From Desulfobacteraceae bacterium (lineage in GTDB: Bacteria > Desulfobacterota > Desulfobacteria > Desulfobacterales > SKZT01): 55,854 nucleotides of DNA. The position numbers and the translations under genes were made by a program. Every line of letters begins with the position of its first letter. Positions within the stretch are counted from its first letter, which is position 1. The stretch is from positions 1-55,854 of the forward strand of contig SKZT01000106.1 in assembly GCA_007127235.1 (NCBI GenBank), given 5' to 3'. Positions 46,955-55,854 of this stretch are shown here, piece by piece. The notes under the pieces were generated by a model that was not told the origin of the DNA, did not search any database, and worked only from the letters and a program-made list of their open reading frames with translations.

Positions 46955-48850
46955 TTAACTTATTTTGAAAGGCGGCACTTTTCGAAAATACAAAACCAGC
47001 CCATCAGACGGAATTTCATAAAGAGTGCTTCTGTCAGATTCCATAACCAGCGGAAAATTACTGCCGGGACCCCGCCATTGTTGCTCCCATGAATCCAGAA
47101 TCTTTTCCCAACGGCCTTCCGGAACAGGCAAGCGGACCTTTTGGGGGTTTTCACCAAACCTGAAAATACCAAATACCTGGTCTTGGGCGCTGATGCGTTT
47201 GAAAAAAAGTATCTGTTCATGATCAAAATGGTTTATTTTCATATTTTTTTTGCTCAAAAGCGAAAGGCTGTGAATTTTTTTTCTCAAGTTCATTAGTTTT
47301 TTGTGAAATTTAAGCAGTGTCTTGTGAGGTTCCCCCTCTTTAAGTTCGTGCTGAAGTTTGCATCGCAGAAAGGTGGCATTATCCTGAGGATCTGGTGGTT
47401 CTTTTTTCCATTCGAACGCCTCGAATTCCCTGGCACGCCCGTTTCGGACTGCCTCCACCAGATCCGGGTCCGAATGGCTGACAAAATATTGAAACGGTGC
47501 GGTCTCCCCATACTCATCCCCCATAAAAAATAAAGGGATAAAAGGGGATAATAACACCAGGCCGGCGGCCAATTTCAGCTTCTCAAATGAAACCAGGTTT
47601 CCGAGGCGTTCTCCCAGCACTCGGTTACCTATCTGGTCGTGATTTTGGGCAAAGACAACAAAGCGCTGTGCAGGGATGTTACGCGATGAATTTCCATGCT
47701 GCCGCTTTCGAAATTTGGAATACTGGCCTGAATAGACGTATCCTTCTTTCCATGCCCGGCTGAAATCTTCAAGTCCTTTAAAATCAACGTAATAGCCTGA
47801 ATTTTCACCTGTCAGCATCACATGCAGACAATGATGAAAATCATCGTTCCATTGGGCGTGAAGGTTGAATCCACCGAGTTTTCGGGAGCGAATGATTCGC
47901 GTGTCGTTAAGAGCACTTTCGGCGATGCAGTAAATCCGCCGGTTAAGCTTTTCAGCGGCACGGCCCACAGTAGAGCCCAATTGCTCAAGGAAAGGAAATG
48001 CCGAAAAATCAAAAATGGAGTGCACCGCGTCCAGGCGGAGCGCATCTATATGAAACTCCGTAATCCAGTAAAGGGCATTTTCGATGAAAAAGCGTCGAAC
48101 CTGATCACTGTCGGGTCCATCAAAATTGACAGCTTCTCCCCACGGGGTCTTGTAAAAGCTTGTGAAATAGGGACCAAATTTGCCGAAATAATTACCTTCC
48201 GGACCCAGATGATTATATACCACATCAAGTACGACTGCTATCCCTTCAGAGTGGCAGGCGTCCACCAGGCGTTTCAGGCCATCTGCGCCTCCATACGAAT
48301 TTTGGACGGCAAAGGGATAAACACCGTCATAACCCCAGTTACGATCTCCGGGAAACTGTGCTACAGGCATCAGTTCCAGAGCTGTAAACCCCGTCTCCTT
48401 GAGACTTTTGAGATAGGCAATGACCGCATCAAATGTACCTTCGGGAGTAAAGGTCCCCGGATGAATTTCGGATATGATATATTGAGACAAGGGAAGTCCT
48501 TGCCAGCCCGTATTTTTCCATTGAAAGGAAGAAGATACTACCTGGGAGGGTCCGTGGACTCCATCGGGCTGGCAACGGGAAGCCGGGTCCGGAAATTCAT
48601 CGAAATCATTTTCGATTCCTTTCCGGCGGGATGATCCATAAAGGCGATAAAAATACCGGGTTCCTGTTGGCACTGGTTCGACCAACGCTGTATGATAACC
48701 GTTTTCGGCTTTTTTAAGAAAAACGGTTTGAGGACTCGGATCTGTCAGGCGAACGGCTACATTATCGGCAAAGGGCGCCCAGACAGTAAATCTGCAACGG
48801 TCCTCACCAAGATAATGCGCTCCTAGAGGAATATCAAAAAATTGTTTCAT
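46955..48850 (-). CDS. treZ: Malto-oligosyltrehalose trehalohydrolase
   Basis: GH13 regions DVVYNH, GFRLD-type (ALRLDAVH), AESALND and NHDQIGN. I trimmed the start to the ATG at 48850 (MKQFFDIPLGAHY...). Confidence 0.9.
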   Translation of the reverse strand: MKQFFDIPLGAHYLGEDRCRFTVWAPFADNVAVRLTDPSPQTVFLKKAENGYHTALVEPVPTGTRYFYRLYGSSRRKGIENDFDEFPDPASRCQPDGVHGPSQVVSSSFQWKNTGWQGLPLSQYIISEIHPGTFTPEGTFDAVIAYLKSLKETGFTALELMPVAQFPGDRNWGYDGVYPFAVQNSYGGADGLKRLVDACHSEGIAVVLDVVYNHLGPEGNYFGKFGPYFTSFYKTPWGEAVNFDGPDSDQVRRFFIENALYWITEFHIDALRLDAVHSIFDFSAFPFLEQLGSTVGRAAEKLNRRIYCIAESALNDTRIIRSRKLGGFNLHAQWNDDFHHCLHVMLTGENSGYYVDFKGLEDFSRAWKEGYVYSGQYSKFRKRQHGNSSRNIPAQRFVVFAQNHDQIGNRVLGERLGNLVSFEKLKLAAGLVLLSPFIPLFFMGDEYGETAPFQYFVSHSDPDLVEAVRNGRAREFEAFEWKKEPPDPQDNATFLRCKLQHELKEGEPHKTLLKFHKKLMNLRKKIHSLSLLSKKNMKINHFDHEQILFFKRISAQDQVFGIFRFGENPQKVRLPVPEGRWEKILDSWEQQWRGPGSNFPLVMESDRSTLYEIPSDGLVLYFRKVPPFKIS

Positions 48851-48875
48851 TTTAAAATTCCTGGGTGATGTGGTT

Positions 48876-50105
48876 TTAAAGACGTTGAGCTTCGATTGTT
48901 TCCCTGTAAAAGGCCATAGTTTGCTTTGCAATGCTTTTCCAACTGAATTTTTCTTCCACCCTCTGCCGTGAAGCAGCCGCCATTTTTTTTATTTTTTCAG
49001 GTGATTGCAAAAGAGAGTTAATGGCACCGGCAAGGTCCATGGAAAACTTTTCCGGATTTTTTGGTCCTCCCTTTCCGTTTCCTGAAGATTCAAAAGGGAC
49101 CAGTATGCCTGTTTGGCCATCTTGCACAACCTCCTGTATTCCGCCGGTCGCGGAGGCAACTACGGCGGTTTCGCAAGCCATGGCTTCCAGGTTGATGATG
49201 CCGAAAGGTTCATAAACTGAAGGGCAGACAAAAATGCTGGCATGGCTGTACAGAGGTACCAAATCCTTTTCAGGTAAGCATTTTGTTATCCAGATAATGT
49301 CATTTCCAAAGCTTTTTTTTGCGTTATTGACTTTTTGTTTCATCTCTTCCGCTATTTCGTCGTTGTCCGGGGCACCGGCGCACAAAACCACCTGTATGTC
49401 TTTTTTCAGGCGGGGGATGGCATCCACCAGATGAATAATTCCTTTCTGAAGGGTGATCCTGCCCACAAAAAGCACGTAGGGTTTTTGGGGGTCAATTCCA
49501 TATTTGGTCAGGATTTCAGGATTTTCAATCTTTCTGAAATGTTCGATGTCTATTCCGTTGTAAATGACTCGTGCTTTAGCCGGGTTGATATTATAAATTG
49601 AAACCATGTCGGATTTCATGGCTTCGGACACCGCGATCACTGCATCCGAATTTTCCAGGGCGGTTTTTTCCAGCCATGAAGTCGCATGGTATGCATCGCC
49701 CAGTTGTTCTTTTTTCCACGGGCGCAGCGGTTCCAGCGAGTGAGCCGTAATTATCAACGGAATGCCCATTATCTGTTTAAGCAGGCATCCTGCCAGATAG
49801 GTGTACCAGGTATGGCAATGTATCAGGTCCGCTTTGCCGGCCGAACCAACCATGATCAGATTCCGGTATAGCGGATCCAGCAGTTTCTTATACCGCAGTG
49901 CTCCGAATGACGGTTCGGAAGGTCCTCTGATGCCCAATAAGCGATTGTTTTTTTCTGACTTTTCCTGGTCTCCGAAACATAGAATTTCAAGATCGGGTTT
50001 TTCACTTTCAAGGTTAAGCAGTTCGCTGGTAAGATGTTGTGCATGTACACCGGCTCCGCCGTATATGTGCGGAGGGTATTCGTTGGTCAAAAACAGTATT
50101 TTCAT
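48876..50105 (-). CDS. glgM: GT4 alpha-1,4-glucosyltransferase of the Corynebacterium-type GlgA family (likely GlgM-like maltose-1-phosphate synthase)
   Basis: MKILFLTNEYPPHIYGGAGVHAQHL resembles the actinobacterial GlgA/GlgM N-terminus. I chose the ATG at 50105, preceded by AAGGTGA. Confidence 0.8.
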   Translation of the reverse strand: MKILFLTNEYPPHIYGGAGVHAQHLTSELLNLESEKPDLEILCFGDQEKSEKNNRLLGIRGPSEPSFGALRYKKLLDPLYRNLIMVGSAGKADLIHCHTWYTYLAGCLLKQIMGIPLIITAHSLEPLRPWKKEQLGDAYHATSWLEKTALENSDAVIAVSEAMKSDMVSIYNINPAKARVIYNGIDIEHFRKIENPEILTKYGIDPQKPYVLFVGRITLQKGIIHLVDAIPRLKKDIQVVLCAGAPDNDEIAEEMKQKVNNAKKSFGNDIIWITKCLPEKDLVPLYSHASIFVCPSVYEPFGIINLEAMACETAVVASATGGIQEVVQDGQTGILVPFESSGNGKGGPKNPEKFSMDLAGAINSLLQSPEKIKKMAAASRQRVEEKFSWKSIAKQTMAFYRETIEAQRL

Positions 50106-50113
50106 ATATATGA

Positions 50114-52075
50114 TCACCTTTTTTTCTCAAAAAACACAATTCCCAGAGGAGGTAATGTCAGGTTTAAAGAAAAAGATCTGCCGTGCGCCGGAACGGGCGA
50201 TGCTTCCACATATCCCAGATTTCCCTGGTTGGATCCTCCGTAATTTTTTGAATCACTGTTAAGACATTCCTGCCAAAAGCCCTCCAGGGAAACGCCCACA
50301 CGATAGTTGTGCCGGGGGGCAGGTGTGAAATTGCAAACAATGATTATTTCTTCACCATTGTTATCGTTTCGCCGGATAAAACTCAACGTGGATTGATGAG
50401 CATCATTGCAATCGATCCATTCAAAGCCGCTGGGAGAAAAATCTGAAGCGTGCAAAGAAGGATGCCTGCGATAAAATTGATTTAAATCCTCCACCCATCG
50501 TTGAAGTCCCAGGTGAAAAGGATTTTCCAGCAAGTGCCAATCCAGGCTCCGGTCATGGGACCACTCCCGCCATTGTCCTATTTCTGCTCCCATGAACAAG
50601 AGCTTTTTTCCCGGCTGGGCATACATGTAACCTAAAAGAAGCCGAAAATTGGCATATTTTTGCCAGTCATCACCGGGCATCTTGGATAAAAGAGAACCTT
50701 TCTGATGAACCACTTCGTCGTGAGAAAGGGGAAGCACATAGTTTTCGCTGAAAGCATACACCATTCGGAAGGTAAGTTTATCATGATGATAGCTCCGATG
50801 TATGGGATCTCTTGACATATAATCCAAAGTATCGTGCATCCACCCCATATCCCACTTTATGTCGAATCCGAGTCCGCCGACATAAGGGGGACGGGACACC
50901 AGGGGCCAGGCGGTGGATTCCTCCGCGATGGTAAGGGTGTCCGGGTAGTTCTTATGCACTTCATCATTGAATTGTCTTAAAAAATCGATGGCCTCTATAT
51001 TTTCAGCCCCGCCGTATTTGTTGGGGATCCATTCTCCCGGTTTGCGGGAGTAGCTTAAATAGAGCATGGATGCCACCGCATCAACCCGGAAACCGTCGAT
51101 ATGATATTTGTCCATCCAAAACAACGCGCTGCTGATCAGAAAGCTTTGCACTTCGTGTCTTCCGTAATTGAATATGAAGCTGTTCCAGTCGGGATGAAAT
51201 CCCAATCTCTGGTCCTCGTGCTCGAAAAGATGTGTTCCGTCAAAATATCCCAAACCGTGTTCGTCGCTTGGAAAATGAGAAGGAACCCAGTCCATGATTA
51301 TCCCGATGCCGTTTTGATGAAGCAGGTCGACCAGGTACATAAAGTCCTGGGGGACACCATAGCGGCTGGTGGGAGCAAAATAGCCCAGGCACTGATAACC
51401 CCAGCTCCCGTAAAAGGGATGTTCCGTAATCGGCAGAAACTCCACATGAGTAAACCCGGTTTTCAGCAAATAGTCAACCAGGCGGATGGCTGCTTCCCGG
51501 TAAGTCAGGGGGCGGTCTTCCTCTTCCGGTACCCGCATCCAGGAGCCAAGATGCATTTCATATATGGAAATGGGTGACTTATGGGAATTGGGTAGATGAC
51601 GGTTTTTCATCCAGTCCGAGTCATTCCATTCATAGCCAATATCCCATACCACCGATGCGGTTTGAGGAGACAGCTCGGTGTGATACGCAAACGGGTCGGT
51701 TTTGTCCACAGCGTATTGATTATGTCGGGATCGGATATGATACTTATATACTTCACCACTTTCTAATCCCGGGATGAAGCCTTCCCAGATGCCGGAGTTT
51801 TGCAAGGGATGCAGGCGATGTGAATCTCTGTCCCAATCGTTGAAATTGCCCATGACACTTACCTGTTCGGCATTGGGTGCCCAAACTGCGAAATTGACCC
51901 CCTGGCGCTGGTTATGGGTCATGGGGTGGGCTCCAAGTTTATTATACAGGCGAAAATGATTTCCTTCGTTAAACAGATAGATATCGTCGGCCGTCAACAG
52001 GCTGAAATCTTTCAGTACAGTGCCTGTCGTTTTTTTATGACTATGTTTCTTTATTTCGTTTGGGCCTTGAATCAT
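50114..52075 (-). CDS. glgB: 1,4-alpha-glucan branching enzyme (GH13_9)
   Basis: DWVPSHF, GFRVDAVASM, AEESTAWP and SHDEVVH motifs; 653 aa. Confidence 0.95.
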   Translation of the reverse strand: MIQGPNEIKKHSHKKTTGTVLKDFSLLTADDIYLFNEGNHFRLYNKLGAHPMTHNQRQGVNFAVWAPNAEQVSVMGNFNDWDRDSHRLHPLQNSGIWEGFIPGLESGEVYKYHIRSRHNQYAVDKTDPFAYHTELSPQTASVVWDIGYEWNDSDWMKNRHLPNSHKSPISIYEMHLGSWMRVPEEEDRPLTYREAAIRLVDYLLKTGFTHVEFLPITEHPFYGSWGYQCLGYFAPTSRYGVPQDFMYLVDLLHQNGIGIIMDWVPSHFPSDEHGLGYFDGTHLFEHEDQRLGFHPDWNSFIFNYGRHEVQSFLISSALFWMDKYHIDGFRVDAVASMLYLSYSRKPGEWIPNKYGGAENIEAIDFLRQFNDEVHKNYPDTLTIAEESTAWPLVSRPPYVGGLGFDIKWDMGWMHDTLDYMSRDPIHRSYHHDKLTFRMVYAFSENYVLPLSHDEVVHQKGSLLSKMPGDDWQKYANFRLLLGYMYAQPGKKLLFMGAEIGQWREWSHDRSLDWHLLENPFHLGLQRWVEDLNQFYRRHPSLHASDFSPSGFEWIDCNDAHQSTLSFIRRNDNNGEEIIIVCNFTPAPRHNYRVGVSLEGFWQECLNSDSKNYGGSNQGNLGYVEASPVPAHGRSFSLNLTLPPLGIVFFEKKR

Positions 52076-52110
52076 TTTTATACTCCTGAAAACAGTAATT
52101 TATTGAAAAA

Positions 52111-55100
52111 CTATCCTTTACGCATACCCTCCTTTTTCAACAACGCTTCGATGCCCTTTAACGGAATCCTGATCCAGTCGGGCCGGTTGTTTAATTCATA
52201 ACCGAGTTCATAGACGGCCTTTTCCATCAAAAGTGAATCCAAAAGGATTCGAATTTCCTCTTTTGACCGGGGCAGAAAATTGCCGGCTTGAGCCCTTTCG
52301 AGATATTTTTTCAAAAACATGGTGCAAACCCAGGAGTACCAATATTCCGCCAATATCTCCAGACTCTCACGGGTTTGGTTATGGGTTAGTCCCCGGAATT
52401 CTTCTTCGGCAACCGCCGTGTAAGCTGCGTAGTGAAAGGAACGCATCATGCCCGCTACATCGCGCAGCGGTGAGCGTTTGATTTTACGTTCACTGATCGG
52501 TTTCAGCGGCTCTCCTTCAAAATCGATAATTACGAAATCCTTACCCGTGTAGAGTATCTGACCAAGATGAAAATCGCCGTGGCAGCGTAGACGTTTGCCG
52601 GTGATTTTATGTTCCAGCAGAGCATGGAAACACTCCATTATTTTGGGTTGTTGTTCCATGATGTTTAGTGCTTCCGTATGAGCCGGTTCAGGTAGTAATT
52701 CGCTACGTTTTTTGAGTTGTGGAAGCACTTGTCCTGTCAAAGACCGCATGGACTGATAAAGCGAGCGCTGGTAGAGTTTGGAAAATTCCACCGGAACAAA
52801 TCCAGGGTCCTCTTTCTCAGAAGCCAGAACGACATGCATTTCTGCGCTGCGGCGTGCCATCAGATCCACGGATGACAGATAGACACCAATTTGTTCCATC
52901 ACCTTTTTGGGCATCTCCAATTGCGCCAATTGCAGCGGATGTTCCACCGGCAGTTTAATTATTTTATCAAAACGATTTTCTGTCGCAAGCCCGAAATAAT
53001 CATGAAGGCTGTTGAGTGTATATTTCCATGCGTCTCCCTGATTGGGGACAAATTGCTGAAGAAAAGCCAGTGTTTTGGGCTCTTCTTTTTTTTCCACATA
53101 TTCTATGGCTCCTGCTGAAGGGGGAAGATGTGGGAAACCCTTTCTGGTAAGAAAACGGCCGATTTCCAGGTCCGGGTTAACGCCGCTTTGAAGGCGGCGA
53201 AACAGCTTGAGAATGAAACGGTCTCCGAATACCACGGAAGTATTGCTCTGTTCTGCTGCGATCACTTTTATCTCAAGGGGCGGGACATCCTTTTTGTGCA
53301 ATTGTTTTAAAGATTTTTCAGGCCGTGCCGTCATTCGGCCTTTCAGACCTTTAATGCCGACCCGGCGGGCAATTTTGTCAAGCAGGGACAAGCAAAACTC
53401 TTTTTGAACTGATGCATCGATCAAATAGTCTGGTGAATCTGCAGATCGAATTTGCACCCTTGCAATAACCGAGCGGGGGTGGGCTTTCAGGATATTTTCG
53501 GCTTTATCTGCTGAGACACTGGTTACCGGAATGATATAAGTTTCATCGGCACCGTCCATGAACGCCATTTTTGCAAAAAGTATAAAGAAAGCCTTGCTGC
53601 CTTCCCTCACCGGTATGATTTCGTTGATATTTATATTTTTAATCCATCGGTTTTTGGAACCAAACCATCGTTGGGTAGTCAAAAAGGAAGCAAACCACTT
53701 CTCCATGTCTTCGGGGACTTTTTCCCTGAATAGTTCCTCCCAGGAATGTTCCACGTAAAAAATGGGTACCTGTGCTGTGTCAGCATCCGGTTTGTAAATT
53801 TTTTCCAGATCTTTCTGGGGCTGAAGGTTGAACCAGTAGAAGGAATGCGGACCGAGGGTAAGGAAGTACGGCTCCTCTGTGATTTTGGGAAACGGCTGGT
53901 TACCAAAGATTTCAACCGGAACAGAACCGATATAATCTGAGAGATCCAGTTCCACATATTGAACATAACGGGAAAAATTAGCCACTACAAGAATGCGCTG
54001 TTTTTGGTAACTGCGGATGAACACCAGAATTTTGGTATTTTCAGGTTCCAGAAAGGTTAAACTTCCCCTGCTAAAAGCCTTGATCTGGTTGCGAAGCACA
54101 ATCAGACGCCTCATCCACCACAGCAATGAGTGGCGGTTGTTTTTCTGGGCTTCAACATTGACCACCTCGAAATGGTATTCTGGATCAATAATTACCGGCA
54201 GATATAGCTGGTGAGGGTTGGACCGTGAAAAACCGGCGTTGCGATCGGGACTCCATTGCATAGGGGTGCGGACTCCGTTGCGGTCGCCCAGAAAAATATT
54301 GTCTCCCATTCCGATTTCATCGCCGTAATAAATCACGGGCGTTCCTGGAAGCGACATGAGCAGGCCGTTCATCAATTCGATCCTGCGGCGGTGATTTCCC
54401 AAAAGGGGTGCAAGGCGCCTTCTGATTCCCAGGTTAATCCGCATGCGGGGGTCATGGGCATAGACATTGTACATATAGTCCCGTTCTTCATCGGTGACCA
54501 TTTCCAGTGTCAGCTCGTCGTGGTTGCGCAAAAAAATAGCCCATTGACAGGTTTCCGGAATTTCAGGGGTTTGTTGAAGAATATCAACTACCGGAAAACG
54601 GTTTTCCATGTGAAGTGCCATGTACAAACGCGGCATGAGCGGGAAATGAAAATTCATATGGCATTCATCGCCGTCGCCAAAATATTCCACAGCATCTTCA
54701 GGCCACTGGTTTGCCTCCGCCAGAAGCATCCTGTCATTGTATTTTTTATCCAGATGGGATCGCAATTCTTTTAAAAAGGCGTGGGTTTCCGGAAGATTCT
54801 CGCAATTGGTACCTTCACGTTCGTAGAGATAAGGTACGGCGTCAAGCCGCATTCCGTCCACCCCCATATCAAGCCAAAAATCCAGTGTTTTGAAAATGGC
54901 CTCCCGGACCTTGGGGTTTTCAAAATTCAGGTCCGGCTGGTGGGAATAGAATCGATGCCAGTAATAAGCCTTTGCCACGGGATCCCAGGTCCAGTTGCTG
55001 GTCTCAAAATCCTGGAAAATAATACGGGTTTCCTTGTATTTTTCAGGTGTATCGCTCCATACATAAAAATCTCTCTGGGCACTACCCGGCTTGGCTTTCC

Positions 55101-55479
55101 GGGCCTGCTGGAACCACGGATGCTGATCGGATGTGTGATTGATCACCAGTTCGGTAATTACCCTTAAACCTCGCTGGTGGGCCTCTCTCAAAAAGGCCCT
55201 GAAATCGCGGAGAGCTCCGTGGGCAGGATTGATTCCCTTGAAATCGGAAATATCGTATCCATCATCTCTTAATGGTGAGGGATAAAAAGGAAGAAGCCAA
55301 AGTGCGGTCACCCCTAATTCCTCAAAATATGACAGTTTTTTCCTGAGTCCCTTGAAATCACCGATTCCGTCACCATCGGCATCATAAAAAGCCTTAACAT
55401 GAAGTTGATAAATAACAGCATCCTTGTACCATAAGGGATTGCGGGCCGGAATGCCCTTTTTTCTTGCCTTTTCGGTCAT
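52111..55479 (-). CDS. treS: Trehalose synthase fused to maltokinase (TreS-Pep2)
   Basis: The N-terminal GH13 TreS part has WYKDAVIYQLHVKAF, DGMRLDAVPYL and NHDELTLE. The C-terminal maltokinase part has HGDFHLGQIL...IDFEGEP. I trimmed the start to the ATG at 55479, preceded by GGAGA. Confidence 0.92.
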   Translation of the reverse strand: MTEKARKKGIPARNPLWYKDAVIYQLHVKAFYDADGDGIGDFKGLRKKLSYFEELGVTALWLLPFYPSPLRDDGYDISDFKGINPAHGALRDFRAFLREAHQRGLRVITELVINHTSDQHPWFQQARKAKPGSAQRDFYVWSDTPEKYKETRIIFQDFETSNWTWDPVAKAYYWHRFYSHQPDLNFENPKVREAIFKTLDFWLDMGVDGMRLDAVPYLYEREGTNCENLPETHAFLKELRSHLDKKYNDRMLLAEANQWPEDAVEYFGDGDECHMNFHFPLMPRLYMALHMENRFPVVDILQQTPEIPETCQWAIFLRNHDELTLEMVTDEERDYMYNVYAHDPRMRINLGIRRRLAPLLGNHRRRIELMNGLLMSLPGTPVIYYGDEIGMGDNIFLGDRNGVRTPMQWSPDRNAGFSRSNPHQLYLPVIIDPEYHFEVVNVEAQKNNRHSLLWWMRRLIVLRNQIKAFSRGSLTFLEPENTKILVFIRSYQKQRILVVANFSRYVQYVELDLSDYIGSVPVEIFGNQPFPKITEEPYFLTLGPHSFYWFNLQPQKDLEKIYKPDADTAQVPIFYVEHSWEELFREKVPEDMEKWFASFLTTQRWFGSKNRWIKNININEIIPVREGSKAFFILFAKMAFMDGADETYIIPVTSVSADKAENILKAHPRSVIARVQIRSADSPDYLIDASVQKEFCLSLLDKIARRVGIKGLKGRMTARPEKSLKQLHKKDVPPLEIKVIAAEQSNTSVVFGDRFILKLFRRLQSGVNPDLEIGRFLTRKGFPHLPPSAGAIEYVEKKEEPKTLAFLQQFVPNQGDAWKYTLNSLHDYFGLATENRFDKIIKLPVEHPLQLAQLEMPKKVMEQIGVYLSSVDLMARRSAEMHVVLASEKEDPGFVPVEFSKLYQRSLYQSMRSLTGQVLPQLKKRSELLPEPAHTEALNIMEQQPKIMECFHALLEHKITGKRLRCHGDFHLGQILYTGKDFVIIDFEGEPLKPISERKIKRSPLRDVAGMMRSFHYAAYTAVAEEEFRGLTHNQTRESLEILAEYWYSWVCTMFLKKYLERAQAGNFLPRSKEEIRILLDSLLMEKAVYELGYELNNRPDWIRIPLKGIEALLKKEGMRKG

Positions 55480-55489
55480 TGGGTCTCCA

Positions 55490-55854
55490 TTACATAAAAT
55501 AATCGAAATCGTGTTCAGATCGCAGACGGCGGCGAATACGGAAAATATGAGCGGGAACCACATTAGGATTCAACTCCAGGTAGTTTTCTCCGGTATGCCA
55601 CATGTAGCGGGCATTGCTGATCAAATCGTGCATCTGGAAAGTTTGTTGCTCATCGAGACCAAAATCTTCCACCGGCAGCTTTAACAACGCAGAATGGGAG
55701 TGGTGGGGGTCAAGATTGACCACCACTACAATAACGTTTTCATAATCGTCGGTGTGTTTGCTGTAGCAGATAATATTCTCATTTTGCACCGGATGAAAGA
55801 TGAGATTATTCTGCTTTAACGCGGGGTTTTCCCTCCTGATTCGATTTACCCGGG
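55490..55854 (-). CDS. glgE: Alpha-1,4-glucan:maltose-1-phosphate maltosyltransferase, C-terminal fragment; the gene continues beyond the right edge
   Basis: The frame stays open to the window edge. My translation is RVNRIRRENPALKQNNLIFHPVQNENIICYSKH...VVVVNLDPHH...PAHIFRI, typical of a GlgE C-terminus. Confidence 0.85.
   Translation of the reverse strand, partial: RVNRIRRENPALKQNNLIFHPVQNENIICYSKHTDDYENVIVVVVNLDPHHSHSALLKLPVEDFGLDEQQTFQMHDLISNARYMWHTGENYLELNPNVVPAHIFRIRRRLRSEHDFDYFM

Noticed and set aside
1-55854. Mobile elements, CRISPR arrays, prophage or defence islands
   Set aside because: I found no integrase, transposase or reverse transcriptase motifs, no repeat-spacer arrays and no flanking long direct repeats at the tRNA-Gly gene. 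Gene order around the tRNA is the conserved nusA-infB operon context.

Overview
This 55.9-kb window looks like chromosomal DNA from a sulfate-reducing deltaproteobacterium (Desulfobacterales-like), judged from gene content. It is densely coded and mostly core.

Gene blocks, in order:
- menA 5' fragment and an NMT1/TauABC-type ABC importer (minus strand).
- A 1.1-kb ORF-poor, AT-rich spacer.
- nifU-like and RsbRD_N genes followed by dsrMKJOP (plus strand).
- nadK, an FmdB zinc-ribbon gene and a TIM-barrel (CbiR-like) gene.
- A long minus-strand housekeeping run: MBL hydrolase, dut, M16 peptidase, pnp, rpsO, truB, nrnA, rbfA, DUF503, infB, nusA, rimP, tRNA-Gly(CCC).
- A TPP-riboswitch-controlled thiW-ecfAA'-ecfT-thiDN thiamine salvage operon.
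- ADP-forming acyl-CoA synthetase, recD2 and cspA.
- Leucine dehydrogenase plus an APH/P-loop kinase.
- A MutS-core/ATPase membrane protein plus an ASCH protein.
- A roughly 15.7-kb co-directional alpha-glucan/trehalose cluster: glgE (partial), treS-pep2, glgB, glgM/glgA, treZ, GH57-DUF3536, treY, malQ.

I saw no CRISPR array, integrase, transposase, reverse transcriptase or recognisable defence island.

The least explained signal is in the 2866-3985 spacer. It holds a strong sigma-54 -24/-12 match with upstream palindromes. Downstream is a roughly 80-nt CU-rich segment ending in a perfect intrinsic terminator, which I read as a candidate sRNA. Exactly antisense to it is a 21-codon hydrophobic ORF with a canonical Shine-Dalgarno.

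Other items worth a look:
- The MutS_III/TM/MutS_V protein paired with ASCH.
- GH57-DUF3536 sitting where treX normally sits.
- Both maltose-1-phosphate routes encoded in one operon.
- A bacterial ThiD-ThiN fusion.

All functional calls rest on my motif recognition in the supplied translations. No database search was run.
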